A stretch of 64,000 bases of DNA from Bacteroidota bacterium (GCA_964204605.1 OZ123195.1:280076-344075), one strand, 5' to 3'; shown: positions 19,983 through 32,600, counted from the first letter of the stretch. Notes: generated by a model from the letters alone, not told the origin. Translations and numbers: made by a program.

Positions 19983-20339
19983 TTAAAATGGAACATCATC
20001 ATAATCAGATGTAGGAGGAATAGGTTCATTGTAACTGGTACTACCCATTGATTCACCACCTAATTTTTCAATTTTCCATGCATTGATATTTGTAATGTAT
20101 ACTTGACGTCCATCTTTGGTATTTACAAGTTTACCACGCAAATCAAATGCCACTTTAATTGTATCGCCTTTTCTCATTGTATCTAATAGTTCACACTTAT
20201 CTTGAACGGCTTGTAATTTTATATATTCATTATACATGCCGCTACTTGTTTCTACTACAAATTCTCTTTTTTTGAATTTGTCTGTAACTTGTTGAGAATC
20301 AAATACCTCAAACAAAATACCCTGTAATTCATAAGCCAT
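19983..20339 (-). CDS. DUF3127 domain protein
   Basis: 118 aa. ELQGILFEVFDSQQV...FKKREFVVETSS...IKLQAVQDKCELLD...GDTIKVAFDLRGK...WKIEK follows the DUF3127 pattern. Confidence 0.45.
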   Translation of the reverse strand: MAYELQGILFEVFDSQQVTDKFKKREFVVETSSGMYNEYIKLQAVQDKCELLDTMRKGDTIKVAFDLRGKLVNTKDGRQVYITNINAWKIEKLGGESMGSTSYNEPIPPTSDYDDVPF

Positions 20340-20356
20340 AATTAACCTTTGTATAT

Positions 20357-21238
20357 TTATCGTTTATCAATAATGATCAAAAATTTCGATGTCCAAAAAC
20401 GTATAGGATCTGTTATAGACATCGAATTATTTCCTGAATTTTTTTCTAATAATTTGGGATTATGAGAAGAAATAATCTGAAACTTGTCTGGAATAGGTAA
20501 GCTTCTAGTAGAACGAATATCTACACGAATAAAATCCTGTTCATTTAAATTTTTTGATGGAACATATGTTCCACCAATTCCAAGAAAACCAGTTCCTTCT
20601 TCTTCAATAATACCTTTTGTTTCTAAATCATTGGTTTTTTCAATGATATAATAGAAGGTATTCTTTTCATTCTCAATTCTATTTTTTTCTAAAGCTTCAT
20701 TTTCTGCTGTTGATTTATAAGAATCTCTATCATTTTGTAATTGTTGAGTTTCTTGTTTTAATGCAGAAATTTCACTTTCCTTAGATGCAATTTGGTCTTG
20801 CATATCTGTAATCAATTTCTCTAAAGTACCTACTTGATTTGATAATTCTGAATTTTGATTATGAAGGGAATTAAGACGTTTGGTACTTTTTTTTAGATTG
20901 CTTTTTGATTCTTCTAATGATAATGACAGCTGTTTGATTTTAGCAAGGATATCCGCTTTCTGATCACCAGATTCAGTAATTTTAACTTGTTCAAGGGCCG
21001 TGAAAAGTTCTGTAATATATTGGGTAGTATGCAGAAGCTCTGTCATGAGACGGTCTTTTTCTGCTACTAATTCTTTCATCTGAGCAAAATCTTCTAATAA
21101 TTGTTCTTTTGATTTTGCTTTATCTTCTTCCAATGGCTCTGGTTTATCTTTATCAGAACATGAAGTAATGAAAACACTGCAAAAAAAACATAGTATTACA
21201 AGTATACCTGAAACTTTTACTATATGTATTCTCTTCAT
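20357..21238 (-). CDS. Coiled-coil lipoprotein, hypothetical
   Basis: Signal peptide with lipobox (ILCFFCSVFITSC). Long heptad-like E/K/Q/L-rich central segment. Confidence 0.4.
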   Translation of the reverse strand: MKRIHIVKVSGILVILCFFCSVFITSCSDKDKPEPLEEDKAKSKEQLLEDFAQMKELVAEKDRLMTELLHTTQYITELFTALEQVKITESGDQKADILAKIKQLSLSLEESKSNLKKSTKRLNSLHNQNSELSNQVGTLEKLITDMQDQIASKESEISALKQETQQLQNDRDSYKSTAENEALEKNRIENEKNTFYYIIEKTNDLETKGIIEEEGTGFLGIGGTYVPSKNLNEQDFIRVDIRSTRSLPIPDKFQIISSHNPKLLEKNSGNNSMSITDPIRFWTSKFLIIIDKR

Positions 21239-21342
21239 TTTTACTTTTCCAATGGTATAAACATTAAAAAACGGAGTATAAGCATTGTATATATTTGTAC
21301 AAATCTAATGATTTAATATCTATGAATATCCATATGAAATAC

Positions 21343-23889
21343 TCAGCTTTTTTGTATTATCAGTTCTAGGCTACCTAAAACTTCATCTAATTTATGAATA
21401 TCCTTTGCTCCAGCAGTTGCCATATGTGGTTTGCCACCACCACCACCACCTAGTTTCTTTGCAATATCTCCAATAATTCTTCCAGCAGGATATTCTTTTG
21501 TTAAGTCATCTGTAACAATGCATACTAAATTAATTTTATCCTCTATGATTGAAGACAAAACGCCGATCCCAGATTTGCCTAATAAAGTTCTCATATTGTC
21601 ACCTAACATTTTCAATTCATCCATTGATAGCCTATCTGCTTTTACAGGTATTAGTTTGATAGACGTATGAGGTAAAAAGTGTGCTTGTTGAATAAGTTCT
21701 GATAGTTTAGATGATACTTCTTGGACTTTTACGATTGATAATTCTTTCTCTAATGCTTTTAGAGACTCTTGTAATGAATCAATCGTGTGTTTTTCTGTTT
21801 CAATCGCAAGATGGAGATCAGCTATATACTGTACTATTCCAAATGATGTTATTGCTTCGATTCTTCGAATTCCAGATGCAATTGCGGACTCATTCAAAAT
21901 GTGGAAATATCCTATATCAGATGAATTCTGTACATGAGTACCCCCGCAAAACTCAGAAGAAAAGTGATCATCTATTGTTACTACTCTAACTGTATCACCA
22001 TATTTATCACCAAAAAACATCTTTACATGAGGAATTTCTTTTGCTTGATCAATGGGTAATTCTCTAGTCACTACTTCGATTCGCTCGCGAATTTTATCAT
22101 TAACAAGTGCTTGAACTTCTTTTATTTCAGAATGAGATACTTTCTGAATATGCGAAAAATCAAAACGTAGATATTCTGCAGAAACCAAAGAGCCAGATTG
22201 TTGAACATGATTACCTAAAACTCTTCTTAATGCTTCATGCAATAAATGAGTTGCAGAGTGATTCTTTTGAATATCCCATCTTCTATTGAAATCAACAGAT
22301 AGAGTTGCTATAGGTTGATGTGGAGTGAGTATTTCTCTATCTGCAATATGAATAATTGCATTACCTTGCTTTTGGACATTTCTAATTGAATATATTTCTT
22401 GGTCAATTGTTATCGTGCCAAAATCTGATTGTTGTCCACCCATTTCTGCATAAAAAGGAGTAGTTTCTGTTATGATATGATTATCAGCATAATGAATAAT
22501 ATTACTGTGTGATTGCAAAGAAGTCCAGCCATCAAAGATCGTTTTAGAATCTGTAATATTACCTTCTACTTGTTGCAGAATTTGTTTTCTGGCATTTCTA
22601 GACCTTGCTTTTTGTTGGTCCATTAATTCTTTAAATCCTGCTAAATCTAAAGAAAGACCTCTTTCTTTAGCAATTAATTCGGTTAAATCTGCAGGAAAAC
22701 CAAATGAATCATACAGTAAAAAGATATCTGATCCATGAATTAATGTTTCTGAAGCATTTTTCAAGGAAATTTCAATTTCTTCAAATCTGTCTAAACCTCT
22801 GTCTAATGTTTGAAGAAAGCTTTCTTCTTCTGCTTTAATTACTCTTTTAATATGCTCTACATTCTGAGGAACTTCTGGGAATATATCACCCATTGTTTCT
22901 GAAATAATAGACGTTAACTTATAGAGAATAGGTTCTCTAAATCCTAAATTTCTGGCATATCTACAAGCTCTTCTTAAAATGCGCCTTAATACATAGCTAC
23001 GCCCTTCATTACCAGGCATTGCTCCATCAGCAATAGAGAATACTAAGGTTCTTATATGATCAGAGATTACTCTCATAGCAATACCAACTTTACTATCTAA
23101 AGACTTAGAATATTGTTCACCAGACAACTGTTCTATTTTTCTGATGATAGGCATAAAAACATCTGTATCATAATTGGAATCAACATGTTGCATAATGGCA
23201 CATATGCGCTCAAAGCCCATTCCTGTATCAACATGTTTTAACAATAAATCTTCTAAGGAACCATCTGGTTTTCGATTATATTGTATAAAAACAAGATTCC
23301 ATACTTCGATTACTTCTGGCACACCCATATTAACTAATGGCCCACCAGATTTGTCGGGAGTTCTATCAAAATGTATTTCTGTACATGGACCACATGGTCC
23401 TGTTTCTCCCATTTCCCAAAAATTATCTTTTTCATCACATCGATGAATATGTTCAATTGGTAGATATTCTTTCCATAATTCAAATGACTCATCATCTGTT
23501 CTGAACACAGTGGCATGTATTCTGTCTTTAGGTAATTTCCAAATGCTTGTTAATAACTCCCATGCAAAGGCAATTGCTTCTTTTTTATAATAATCTCCAA
23601 AACTCCAATTGCCAAGCATTTCAAACAAAGTATGATGATAAGTATCATAACCAACTTCTTCTAAATCATTGTGCTTGCCAGAAACTCTAATGCATTTTTG
23701 TGTATCAGCACATCTAGTATAATCTCTAGTACCTGTTCCTAGAAAAACATCTTTAAACTGGTTCATACCAGCATTTGTGAATAGAAGTGTTGGGTCGCCA
23801 TGGGGGACAACAGGTGCACTTTGGACAATTTTATGTCCTTTAGAAGCAAAGAAATCTAAAAATGATTGACGTATTTGTCTGGAATTCAT
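21343..23889 (-). CDS. alaS: Alanine--tRNA ligase
   Basis: 848 aa. N-terminal FLDFFASKGHKIVQSAPVVP, the WNLVFIQYNR catalytic-core motif, and the editing-domain HxxxH motif (HSATHLLHEAL). C-terminal GGGGGKPHMATAGAK motif. Confidence 0.9.
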   Translation of the reverse strand: MNSRQIRQSFLDFFASKGHKIVQSAPVVPHGDPTLLFTNAGMNQFKDVFLGTGTRDYTRCADTQKCIRVSGKHNDLEEVGYDTYHHTLFEMLGNWSFGDYYKKEAIAFAWELLTSIWKLPKDRIHATVFRTDDESFELWKEYLPIEHIHRCDEKDNFWEMGETGPCGPCTEIHFDRTPDKSGGPLVNMGVPEVIEVWNLVFIQYNRKPDGSLEDLLLKHVDTGMGFERICAIMQHVDSNYDTDVFMPIIRKIEQLSGEQYSKSLDSKVGIAMRVISDHIRTLVFSIADGAMPGNEGRSYVLRRILRRACRYARNLGFREPILYKLTSIISETMGDIFPEVPQNVEHIKRVIKAEEESFLQTLDRGLDRFEEIEISLKNASETLIHGSDIFLLYDSFGFPADLTELIAKERGLSLDLAGFKELMDQQKARSRNARKQILQQVEGNITDSKTIFDGWTSLQSHSNIIHYADNHIITETTPFYAEMGGQQSDFGTITIDQEIYSIRNVQKQGNAIIHIADREILTPHQPIATLSVDFNRRWDIQKNHSATHLLHEALRRVLGNHVQQSGSLVSAEYLRFDFSHIQKVSHSEIKEVQALVNDKIRERIEVVTRELPIDQAKEIPHVKMFFGDKYGDTVRVVTIDDHFSSEFCGGTHVQNSSDIGYFHILNESAIASGIRRIEAITSFGIVQYIADLHLAIETEKHTIDSLQESLKALEKELSIVKVQEVSSKLSELIQQAHFLPHTSIKLIPVKADRLSMDELKMLGDNMRTLLGKSGIGVLSSIIEDKINLVCIVTDDLTKEYPAGRIIGDIAKKLGGGGGGKPHMATAGAKDIHKLDEVLGSLELIIQKS

Positions 23890-23962
23890 ATGAAGTATTG
23901 ATATTAAGAGTGAATACTGTAAAAATACTGAATTTGCTGGAAAGGTATAGAGCTTGATTGAC

Positions 23963-24997
23963 TTAAATATTTTGCAGTGAAATTGGGGTTTTTATCATCG
24001 TTCTTATTAAAGTAGATTGCAATGCTGGAGCATAAAAATACTCTGAAATGCCATTATTACTTTCAATCTCTATTCCTTGTATAGTAGCTGTACATTGTGA
24101 ATAATAACGCATATAGAATGGTCCGGATTCAATACATTTTTGATGTGAAATTATTGCTGTACATTTTTGATGATGATATGTAGCTTCTACCGAGATTATG
24201 CTTCCTGGATGGAGACCAAACATATTGTATTTTTGTTTTGAGATAGTAATGCGTGTATCATGAATCATTTCTAAAGTTTGTAATGTTCTATCTTCTATAC
24301 ACATACATGTAAATGCAGGAGTGTCTAGATAGCTTGGATAATGATAATACACTAGTGTAAATTGATCATTTAGATGTATTCTTCCCCAATACCAATCTTT
24401 ATATGAATCATATAGCGGAATATGACCATGATTGCAATCATGATAACCCATCGAAGAAATAGGTTCAGTATATATATCTTCGCCATATTCTGATAATGTT
24501 ATTATGCCAGATACTGTGCAGGTTGGCGCAATTAGTCGCCATTCATGGTCTGCATTCTGTTTTGAAATATGAGTATGATTATATATGGATGGAGAAAAAA
24601 GTAGAGATCCAGATATTGCTTTTGCCAGATCTTGTCCATGTGTATCGATTGTTATTGTATAGAGGCCATCTTTGTGGCGAATAAATCCAGAATTATTTAC
24701 ATAAACAGAAATTTCACCTTGATCATTGCTAGTATATTCTAATTGATTGGTATGATGAATGCATCCAGCAATTTTTTTATCATTTTTATAGACAGAAATA
24801 GAAAATCCGCAATAATTATCTGGCAATCCATGAGGTAATGATTCGATATAATAGGGTGACATCGGCATTCCCCTAAAAAAAATGACGGTACAAGCAAAAT
24901 CTTGTTGTTTGACATCAAAATACCACCATTCATAGCCTCCAGAAGAATCTACATGTGATGTATAATCTCCATCTGTTCCAAAGCGTATATTCATCAT
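23963..24997 (-). CDS. Hypothetical protein, possibly CrtC/AttH-like (carotenoid 1,2-hydratase-type lipocalin fold)
   Basis: N-terminal YEWWYFDVKQQD motif is reminiscent of the CrtC/AttH family. Otherwise no firm match. Confidence 0.3.
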   Translation of the reverse strand: MMNIRFGTDGDYTSHVDSSGGYEWWYFDVKQQDFACTVIFFRGMPMSPYYIESLPHGLPDNYCGFSISVYKNDKKIAGCIHHTNQLEYTSNDQGEISVYVNNSGFIRHKDGLYTITIDTHGQDLAKAISGSLLFSPSIYNHTHISKQNADHEWRLIAPTCTVSGIITLSEYGEDIYTEPISSMGYHDCNHGHIPLYDSYKDWYWGRIHLNDQFTLVYYHYPSYLDTPAFTCMCIEDRTLQTLEMIHDTRITISKQKYNMFGLHPGSIISVEATYHHQKCTAIISHQKCIESGPFYMRYYSQCTATIQGIEIESNNGISEYFYAPALQSTLIRTMIKTPISLQNI

Positions 24998-25014
24998 AAA
25001 AGCATATTCATTAA

Positions 25015-26571
25015 TTAAAAAGGATTACCATTATGATCTGTATATAGGGGAAGTATAATTGTAATCATTGTACCTTTTCCAATTGTACTTTCTGCTGTGA
25101 TTATCCCTTGATGAGCTTCAATAATCCATTTTACGATTGATAATCCAAGGCCATTTCCTTGAATATCTTTAGACCTAGCCTGATCAGCCCTGAAGAATCT
25201 GTCAAAAATATGAGGTAAATGCTCTTCAGAAATGCCAACACCGGTATCGCTTAACCGTAAAACAACATCATTACCCTGTTTAACCAATCGAATCAGAATA
25301 TCACCACCAATATTGGTGTATTTTACTGAATTATCCACAATATTTAATAATGCTTGATGAAGCCTTATATCGTCACCTTCCACAAATAAACCAGGCTCTA
25401 TCATTTTTCCAACTGTAATACTTTTTTCTTCGGCTAATATTTCGGCATCTTCGCTAATCTCTTCTAACATCAAGCTTAAATTTACACGTTTTTGTTCTAT
25501 ATGAACTTGTCCGGTTTCAGCCCTAGAAATATCTAATAAAGTTCTTACTACATTAGAAAGTCTTTCTACTTCTTCTAAACAGCTTATTATTAATACCTGA
25601 TATTCTCTAGTAGATTTTTCACTTTTAAGAGCAACTTCTAATTCTCCGGTAAGGATTGCTAAGGGTGTTCTAAGTTCATGAGAAACATCTGCAGTAAACT
25701 GTTTTATTTGATAGAATGACCCTTCTAATCTTGTAATCATTTCATTGAGTGTATGGGTTAGCCTTGCAACTTCATCGTTAGTTTTAGGCTCGGGAAGTCT
25801 ATTACTTAGATTGCTAGCTGTGATTTCTCTTGCTGAAGTAGCTAAATCATCAATAGGTTTTAGAGATACTCTTGCTAGGATAAAACCGCCAATTGTTGAA
25901 ATAAGAAGTACAACTGGAAATCCTATTAAAAGGGAAATAAACAATTCATACAAAGTAGTATCTATTTCTTCTAATGAATATCCAACCGAAATATATGCTT
26001 GTTTCGTTCTGATTCTTAATAATCTAAGATTATGGCTTTTACCTGTAAGAATATGAGTAGATGAGATAATAGGCTCGAAACCATTGGTATTTTGTAAGGG
26101 TACAGTTGCCAAAGAATTTGTATCAAGATTTTCGGAACGCCAAACTATTTGTCCTTTAAGATCTGATATTTGGATATAGAAATTCTTAGGATTAAATAGG
26201 ATATGTTCATACACAGCAGACCAAACGGGGTCTTCGCCTACTCCATTACTATCATTTCTAAATGCTATTGAAGTATCCGAAAGAACTATTTTATCTCTGA
26301 AAAATGCAAAGGAATCAGCTGCAATTTCTTTTTGTTGTTGATAATATTTTTTTCTTCTTGGAGCAGGTTTTAAAGGCTGCATTGTTTCTCTTTGTTTCTT
26401 TTGAATAATATAATCCAAAGAATGAGATACTCTTTCTAATGATGTATCTAAATTTTGATATAAATCGCTAGAAACAGTTATATATGCTGCTATTCCAAAG
26501 GTTAATAAAGTACCTGAAACGATAGCACTATACCAGAACACAAGGCGAAAACGCAAAGAAATATTTTTCAT
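25015..26571 (-). CDS. Sensor histidine kinase (two TM helices, periplasmic sensor, HAMP, HisKA, HATPase_c)
   Basis: H-box FTADVSHELRTPLAIL, and ATP-lid motifs DTGVGISEEHLPHIFDRFFR and GNGLGLSIV. Confidence 0.85.
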   Translation of the reverse strand: MKNISLRFRLVFWYSAIVSGTLLTFGIAAYITVSSDLYQNLDTSLERVSHSLDYIIQKKQRETMQPLKPAPRRKKYYQQQKEIAADSFAFFRDKIVLSDTSIAFRNDSNGVGEDPVWSAVYEHILFNPKNFYIQISDLKGQIVWRSENLDTNSLATVPLQNTNGFEPIISSTHILTGKSHNLRLLRIRTKQAYISVGYSLEEIDTTLYELFISLLIGFPVVLLISTIGGFILARVSLKPIDDLATSAREITASNLSNRLPEPKTNDEVARLTHTLNEMITRLEGSFYQIKQFTADVSHELRTPLAILTGELEVALKSEKSTREYQVLIISCLEEVERLSNVVRTLLDISRAETGQVHIEQKRVNLSLMLEEISEDAEILAEEKSITVGKMIEPGLFVEGDDIRLHQALLNIVDNSVKYTNIGGDILIRLVKQGNDVVLRLSDTGVGISEEHLPHIFDRFFRADQARSKDIQGNGLGLSIVKWIIEAHQGIITAESTIGKGTMITIILPLYTDHNGNPF

Positions 26572-26607
26572 AAATAGGTTTTCTTATGAGAAAGCCAGAT
26601 TGATATA

Positions 26608-26641
26608 ATAAAAAAATGGGTACAGTTTTTATGCTGTACCC
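26608..26641 (-). terminator. Rho-independent terminator (minus strand) after the FG-GAP giant gene
   Basis: Stem GGGTACAG / CTGTACCC. On the minus strand it is followed by ATTTTTTTATT. Confidence 0.5.
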
Positions 26642-26661
26642 AATATACTGTATTCATTACA

Positions 26662-29600
26662 TTATTTAAGGCTAATAACTTCTGTCCATTCTAAATTGCC
26701 AGACTTCAATCTTACATAATATATGCCGGTTGGAAGGCTAGACAGATTAAGTTGATGCTTATATATTCCATTGTCATTTGTAGCAAAAGGTATAGATATC
26801 ATATTCTGTCCTAATACTGATGTAATTGAAAGTATACCTTGTACAGAAGTATAATGCTGTAATGATAAGGTTATAATATCAGAAGCTGGATTTGGATATA
26901 TAACAAATGACTTTTTTGTTGTCCAATCTTGTAAAGACGTTGCTACTCTAAAGCCAAAAGATTGATTTTTGCATGAATTTATGTCTCCAATTTCAACAAC
27001 ATAGTTTCCAGTGCCATTTCTTTGGGTATATGTTAATGTTCTTGATGTAGCTCCTTGTATCAGAACACTGTCTTTGTACCATTGATATGTAATGGCATCA
27101 GTAATACATGTTAAAGTAGAATCATTTATTTTATCTATAATTGGCTGATAGGGGCGTTTATTGACTTTTACTGTAATTGAATCATATATAGTACATTGCA
27201 ATGCATCTTTTATTTCAATTTTGAATAAAGTGGTTGCATTAGGGCGCGCAATTGGAACTTGTTCGATTAAACTGCTCAAGCCACCACTGCTTGGTGTCCA
27301 CTTATATTTGTAAGGTGGTGTGCCACCTTTAATAATAAGCGGTAATTGAATAGAATCACCTTCACAAATTATAAATGAATCTGGCAATTCAGTGCTTAAT
27401 GCTGGATTGACAATTACATTAATCGTATCTTTTACTACGCAAAAACTTCCATCAATTACTGTGCATATATACGTAGTTGTTTTTGCTGGATTTGCTAATG
27501 GCCTTGCAATAGAAACCGAACTTAATCCTGCAACTGGTTCCCATGAATATTGATATGGTGGAAGGCCTCCAGAGACAATATTCCCAATTTCTTTTCCTGA
27601 AGACTCACATAAAACTATATCGGGTGCATAACCAAATTTAGTATTACAAGCCGCACCGGTTCTAAAATCTATTTCACCAGGAGTATTATAATTATTACAG
27701 AACCAACGGCTAAAGTGTTGTGTATTACCTTCGGCTAATTTATATTCAAATCTCATTCTCCATTTATAGGAAGAATTTACGGTAAGTGCGCTAATATTCT
27801 GAACGATATCTTTTAGGCCTTGGATATCTGTCCAAGTTGATGAAGTAACTGTATTTTTATTATTAAATGCTTGATTTAATGGTTTAACTTCTATAATTGG
27901 ACGTATAAATGTTCTTCCAGTGAATGGAAAATATGATGCACCAATATCTACAGAGCTTGAATTCTCGACTCGTAATGATGTAGTAATAGGAGAGTTAGTT
28001 CCTTTTTTATACTGCAATGTGCTACCTTTAGACCCAGTATTTCCATTGCCATAAAATATAGCAACCATGCCATTTTTGGGGTTAAAGCCGGAATCGTATG
28101 ATCTTGTAGAAACAGCTAAATCAGGGTAACCATCGCCATTTATATCTGCAATTGGAGCAATGCATGCGCCAGCGGTTTCTTGTATACCAGATGATTTATA
28201 TGTCCAAACCGGTAAAGCAGATAGACCATTCGAAGATCCAAGATACAGGCGTGATCTATGTGCATTTGCATTTGATGAATATAAGCCCGAGCCTACAACG
28301 ATATCCCCATATCCATCATTATTGATATCACCAATAGACCCAGCAGACTTTCCAAATTCTAATGCTGTGATGTCTCCCTCGGCTGTCCATATTGATTGCT
28401 TCGATGCACCTTTTGCAGACCCTAAAAATAGCTGGATTATTCCTTCATTTGTTTGGCCTTTATCATATAAAGTAGATGCAATTAATACATCTGAAAATCC
28501 ATCATTATTGATATCTCCAGCGGATGCTACATTAGCGCCAAATAATGCTTTATATTGATTCCCAGAGACAATCCATCCTGCAGAATCTGCTATTCCATTA
28601 GGAATGCCATAATGAATATAAACGCGCCCTTGATCATCTTGAGCTGAATTAACATCATATGATGGAGCTCCAATGATAATGTCATTTATGCCATCTCCAT
28701 TGATATCACCTGCCGAAGCAACTGATGCACCAAATTCTGATCCTGTTTGTGGGCCAATTTTAGACCAATAATTATTAGTATTCAAACCGTATTCGCTTCC
28801 AAACATTACATTCGCTTTACCTGCATTTTCTATAGTAGAAGAAAATCCTGGTTCACCTAAAACAATATCTGAATATCCATCTAGATTGATATCACCTGCA
28901 TAGCATAAAGAAAATCCAAATTTCCCACCAGCTTGTGAACCTGAGAACACAGTTTTTGCTTTTAGTTCTAAACCTGTTTTAGAGCCATAATAGACATAAA
29001 TTCTTCCAATATCTTGCTGTGATGAATTTGCATCATCAAAAAAAGGCGCACTAACAATTAAGTCAGCAAATCCATCTCCATTAAGATCTCCATTAGCTGC
29101 TATTGCATATCCAAAACCCGCTCCATTTTGATTTGGCCCAATCAATTCATTCTTTGCCACAATATCTATTCCAGATGCACTACCATAATGAATGGTTACT
29201 CTTCCTTGATCTGCAGATATGCCATCATAAAATGGCGATCCAACTGCAAAATCACCAAATCCATCACCATTAAAATCTGCTCTGCCGGAAACTGTCCATC
29301 CATATTCTTCATTATCTTGTGCTGCTTCTATTACTTGATTAGGGCTTATTGCAAAAAAGATTTGTTTGCCATAAGAAACGGTGATAGCACCTTCTTGTAA
29401 TTGACCATTTTTATAGTATGGTGCACCGGCACATATATCTGATATTCCGTCTCCATTAATATCGCCACATATACCAATTGAAGTCCCAAGTTTGGCTCCA
29501 GCCTGATCACTTTCAGAAAATAATTTGCCAGTGCTTAGTCCTGTTTGAGAACCATAATATGTGAACACAGCACCTTCTTGATTTTGCCCTGATGAAAATC

Positions 29601-32600
29601 CTGGGCATCCAGCAATCATATCTGATATACCATCTGCATTAAAATCTCCATAACCTGATAGAGATGTACCAAGTTTACTTCCATTAGTATTACTTTCGGT
29701 ATACCAAGATGGTATAAGGCTTAAGCCCTGTGTATTGCCATAAAATACATTGATAACACCTTCATTATTTTGTCCATTTGAAAAACTGGGTGCTCCAATT
29801 GCAATATCGGTGAAACCATCCATGTTTACATCGCCAATATTTGCTATTGCATAACCTAAATCACTATTATCATTAGAGATTGAATATCGCCAATTAACAG
29901 TATCAGATGGTTTAGTTTTTCTTCCAAAATAGCAGAAAACTCCACCTTCTGGGGCTATATCAGAATCACTATTATACGATGGAGCGCCAATAAATATATC
30001 ATTGTATGTATCAGCATTTATATCTGCAGAGGCAATAGTAGCACCAAATCTGCATCCAGAATTAGGGCCATAAGAAGTCCATAAAATAGAATCTGGGCCA
30101 ATTGGATTGCCTGAAAAAAGCATCACCATACCAACATTACCATTACTATTTGATGCACCAGGAGCACCAACCAGAATATCAGAAAAACCATCATTATTGA
30201 TATCTCCGGCACTTGCTACGCTTGCGCCAAGATTCGCTGCACTTTGATTTGATTCATATTGCCAAAAAGGAGAAGATGAGCTAATACCTTGGGCACTACC
30301 CAAGAAAATCATCAGTTTCCCTTCGGCATTTTGTCCATTAGAATAACCTGGGGCTCCAACAAGAATATCAGAATACCCATCGCCATTAATATCACCTGCA
30401 CTAGCTACAGATGCACCCATTCTGGCATTCATAGAATTGCTTTCATATATCCATGAAGGGGTAGAGCTAAAACCTGATGCACTACCAAGATAGACTTGTA
30501 TTCGCCCTTCGGATTGCTCACCGTTTTCATAATCAGGAGACCCCGCAATCATATCATCATAACCGTCGCCGTTGATATCGCCTGCAGGGGCTAATGAAGC
30601 ACCTAATTGCGCTAATGGAATATCAGTTTCTAAAACCTTATCTGATGAACTTAAAGAAGAGCTTATTCCATAATAAATGGAAACTTGACCTTCTTCTCTG
30701 AGATCATCATCATAGTATGGAGCTCCAATGCCAAAATCAGACTTTGTATCAAAATTAATATCACCTAGTCCAGAAACTGAAGTACCAAATTGAGCATCTG
30801 CTTGATTGCCTTCTGATGTCCACCCAGCATTTTGGCTAATTGACACTGTATTTCCGAAATAGAGATATGCTTTTCCTTCATCTAATTGTCCATTATCATA
30901 GAGTGGCGCGCCAATAATGAAATCTGCATTGCCATCATTATTTACATCACCAGCACAGGCAACACTTTGGCCATATCGTGCATTGGCTTGATTGCTTTCA
31001 TTTGTCCAAGCCGGATTAGTACTTAAACCATTAGATGTTCCATAAAAACAATATGCTCTACCTTCACTTTGTTCTCCATTTGAATAAAATGGAGCACCAA
31101 TAAGAACATCATTAAAACCGTCGCCATTCAGATCACTACATAAGGTAACAGAAGTTCCACATTCTGCATTAGCTTGATTAGATTCAAATTGCCATGCAGC
31201 ATTTGTGGAAAGTCCATTTGTAGATGAAAAATACACTCTAACGCAACCCTCATTTATATGCCCATTGTCATAAAAGGGGATTCCAATAAGTAAATCTGAT
31301 TTTGAATCTCCATTAATGTCCATACCACCTGAAATAGAAATACCCATTCTTGCATCAATCTGATTACTTTCTACCATCCATGGTGAAGTATTTGCAAGAG
31401 ATCCATTTCCACCAAAATAAACAAAAACAGCTCCTTCATCTAATGATCCATTATCATAATAAGGGGCAGAGATTGCGATGTCTAAAGTATCATCATTATT
31501 GGCTTTTCCTGCAGAACTTATGGCATATCCAAACCGCGCATTTGCTTGATTTGATTCTTTCATTATAGCTGGAGTACTAATGATTCCAGAAGAACTTCCT
31601 AAATATAAGAATGCTGCACCTTCATCTAATTGGCCATTATCATAACGAGGTGCACCAACCATGATATCATCATAACCATCTTTATTGATATCTCCAATTC
31701 CTGCAACAGAAAATCCAAACTCGGAATTAGCTTGTCCTGAAGATAGAACAATTTGAGGTTGTTTTTCTGGTCCATTTACTGATCCTAAAAAAACAAAAAC
31801 TGCTCCTTCATCTGTTTTTGCAATATCATATTTTGGCATACCTGCTGCAAAGTCACCGATATCATCACCATTTATATCGCCTAAAGGAGTTAAAACATAA
31901 CCAAAGAAAGCTTCAAATTGATTACCATCCATACTCCAATCTGGTGTAGCTGATAATGGATCTATCGTTATAGGATATACTGCTTGTTTATCATCAATAT
32001 GCAAAGCAATAGTGTTATTGTGCAAAGAAAATGATGCATCTAGTAATGTATTGTTGGCATCCCATACTTTTAAATCTTTATAGGTGATAACGATTTCAGA
32101 ACTATGTTTATCTATGAAGGCAATACCATCATTATTCATTAATAAAGGCTTTAATTCATCACTTTGTGTTTTAAGCTCAACAGTTAATGTTGAATCTCCC
32201 ATTGGTTGAGAATGCACAATAAAGTTTTGTCTTAAACCTTGTTTTGAATTTATATATTCGATAGTAAAATGTTCATTGCTGATATTCATCAAAGAGTCAT
32301 TGATATTTACATGTGGATTATCAGAGATCTTAAGGCTAATAGCACCTTTATGAATGCTTTGTAATTCTATGGTGTTTTTCCAAGTATTCTTGTCTAAACT
32401 TTGCAATGAAAATGAATAATCACAAAATTCAATTGCTACATGTTGAGTAGGATTCTTAGAAGTATAGGTATAAGAACTGGATTCGATTCCAAATTCAGAA
32501 TGATTGTTTTGGCTACATACAATGGATTTTTTTGATACAGTATCCATCAAATAACAAAAATCTATATCTAAAAAAGTTAAAGCTGAAACAGCGATAATGA

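Noticed and set aside
28160-31568. Several 70-130-aa + strand ORFs inside the FG-GAP giant gene
   Set aside because: They are antisense to a 2011-aa reading frame with continuous repeat structure. The frames are low-complexity and stay open because of the repetitive codon usage.
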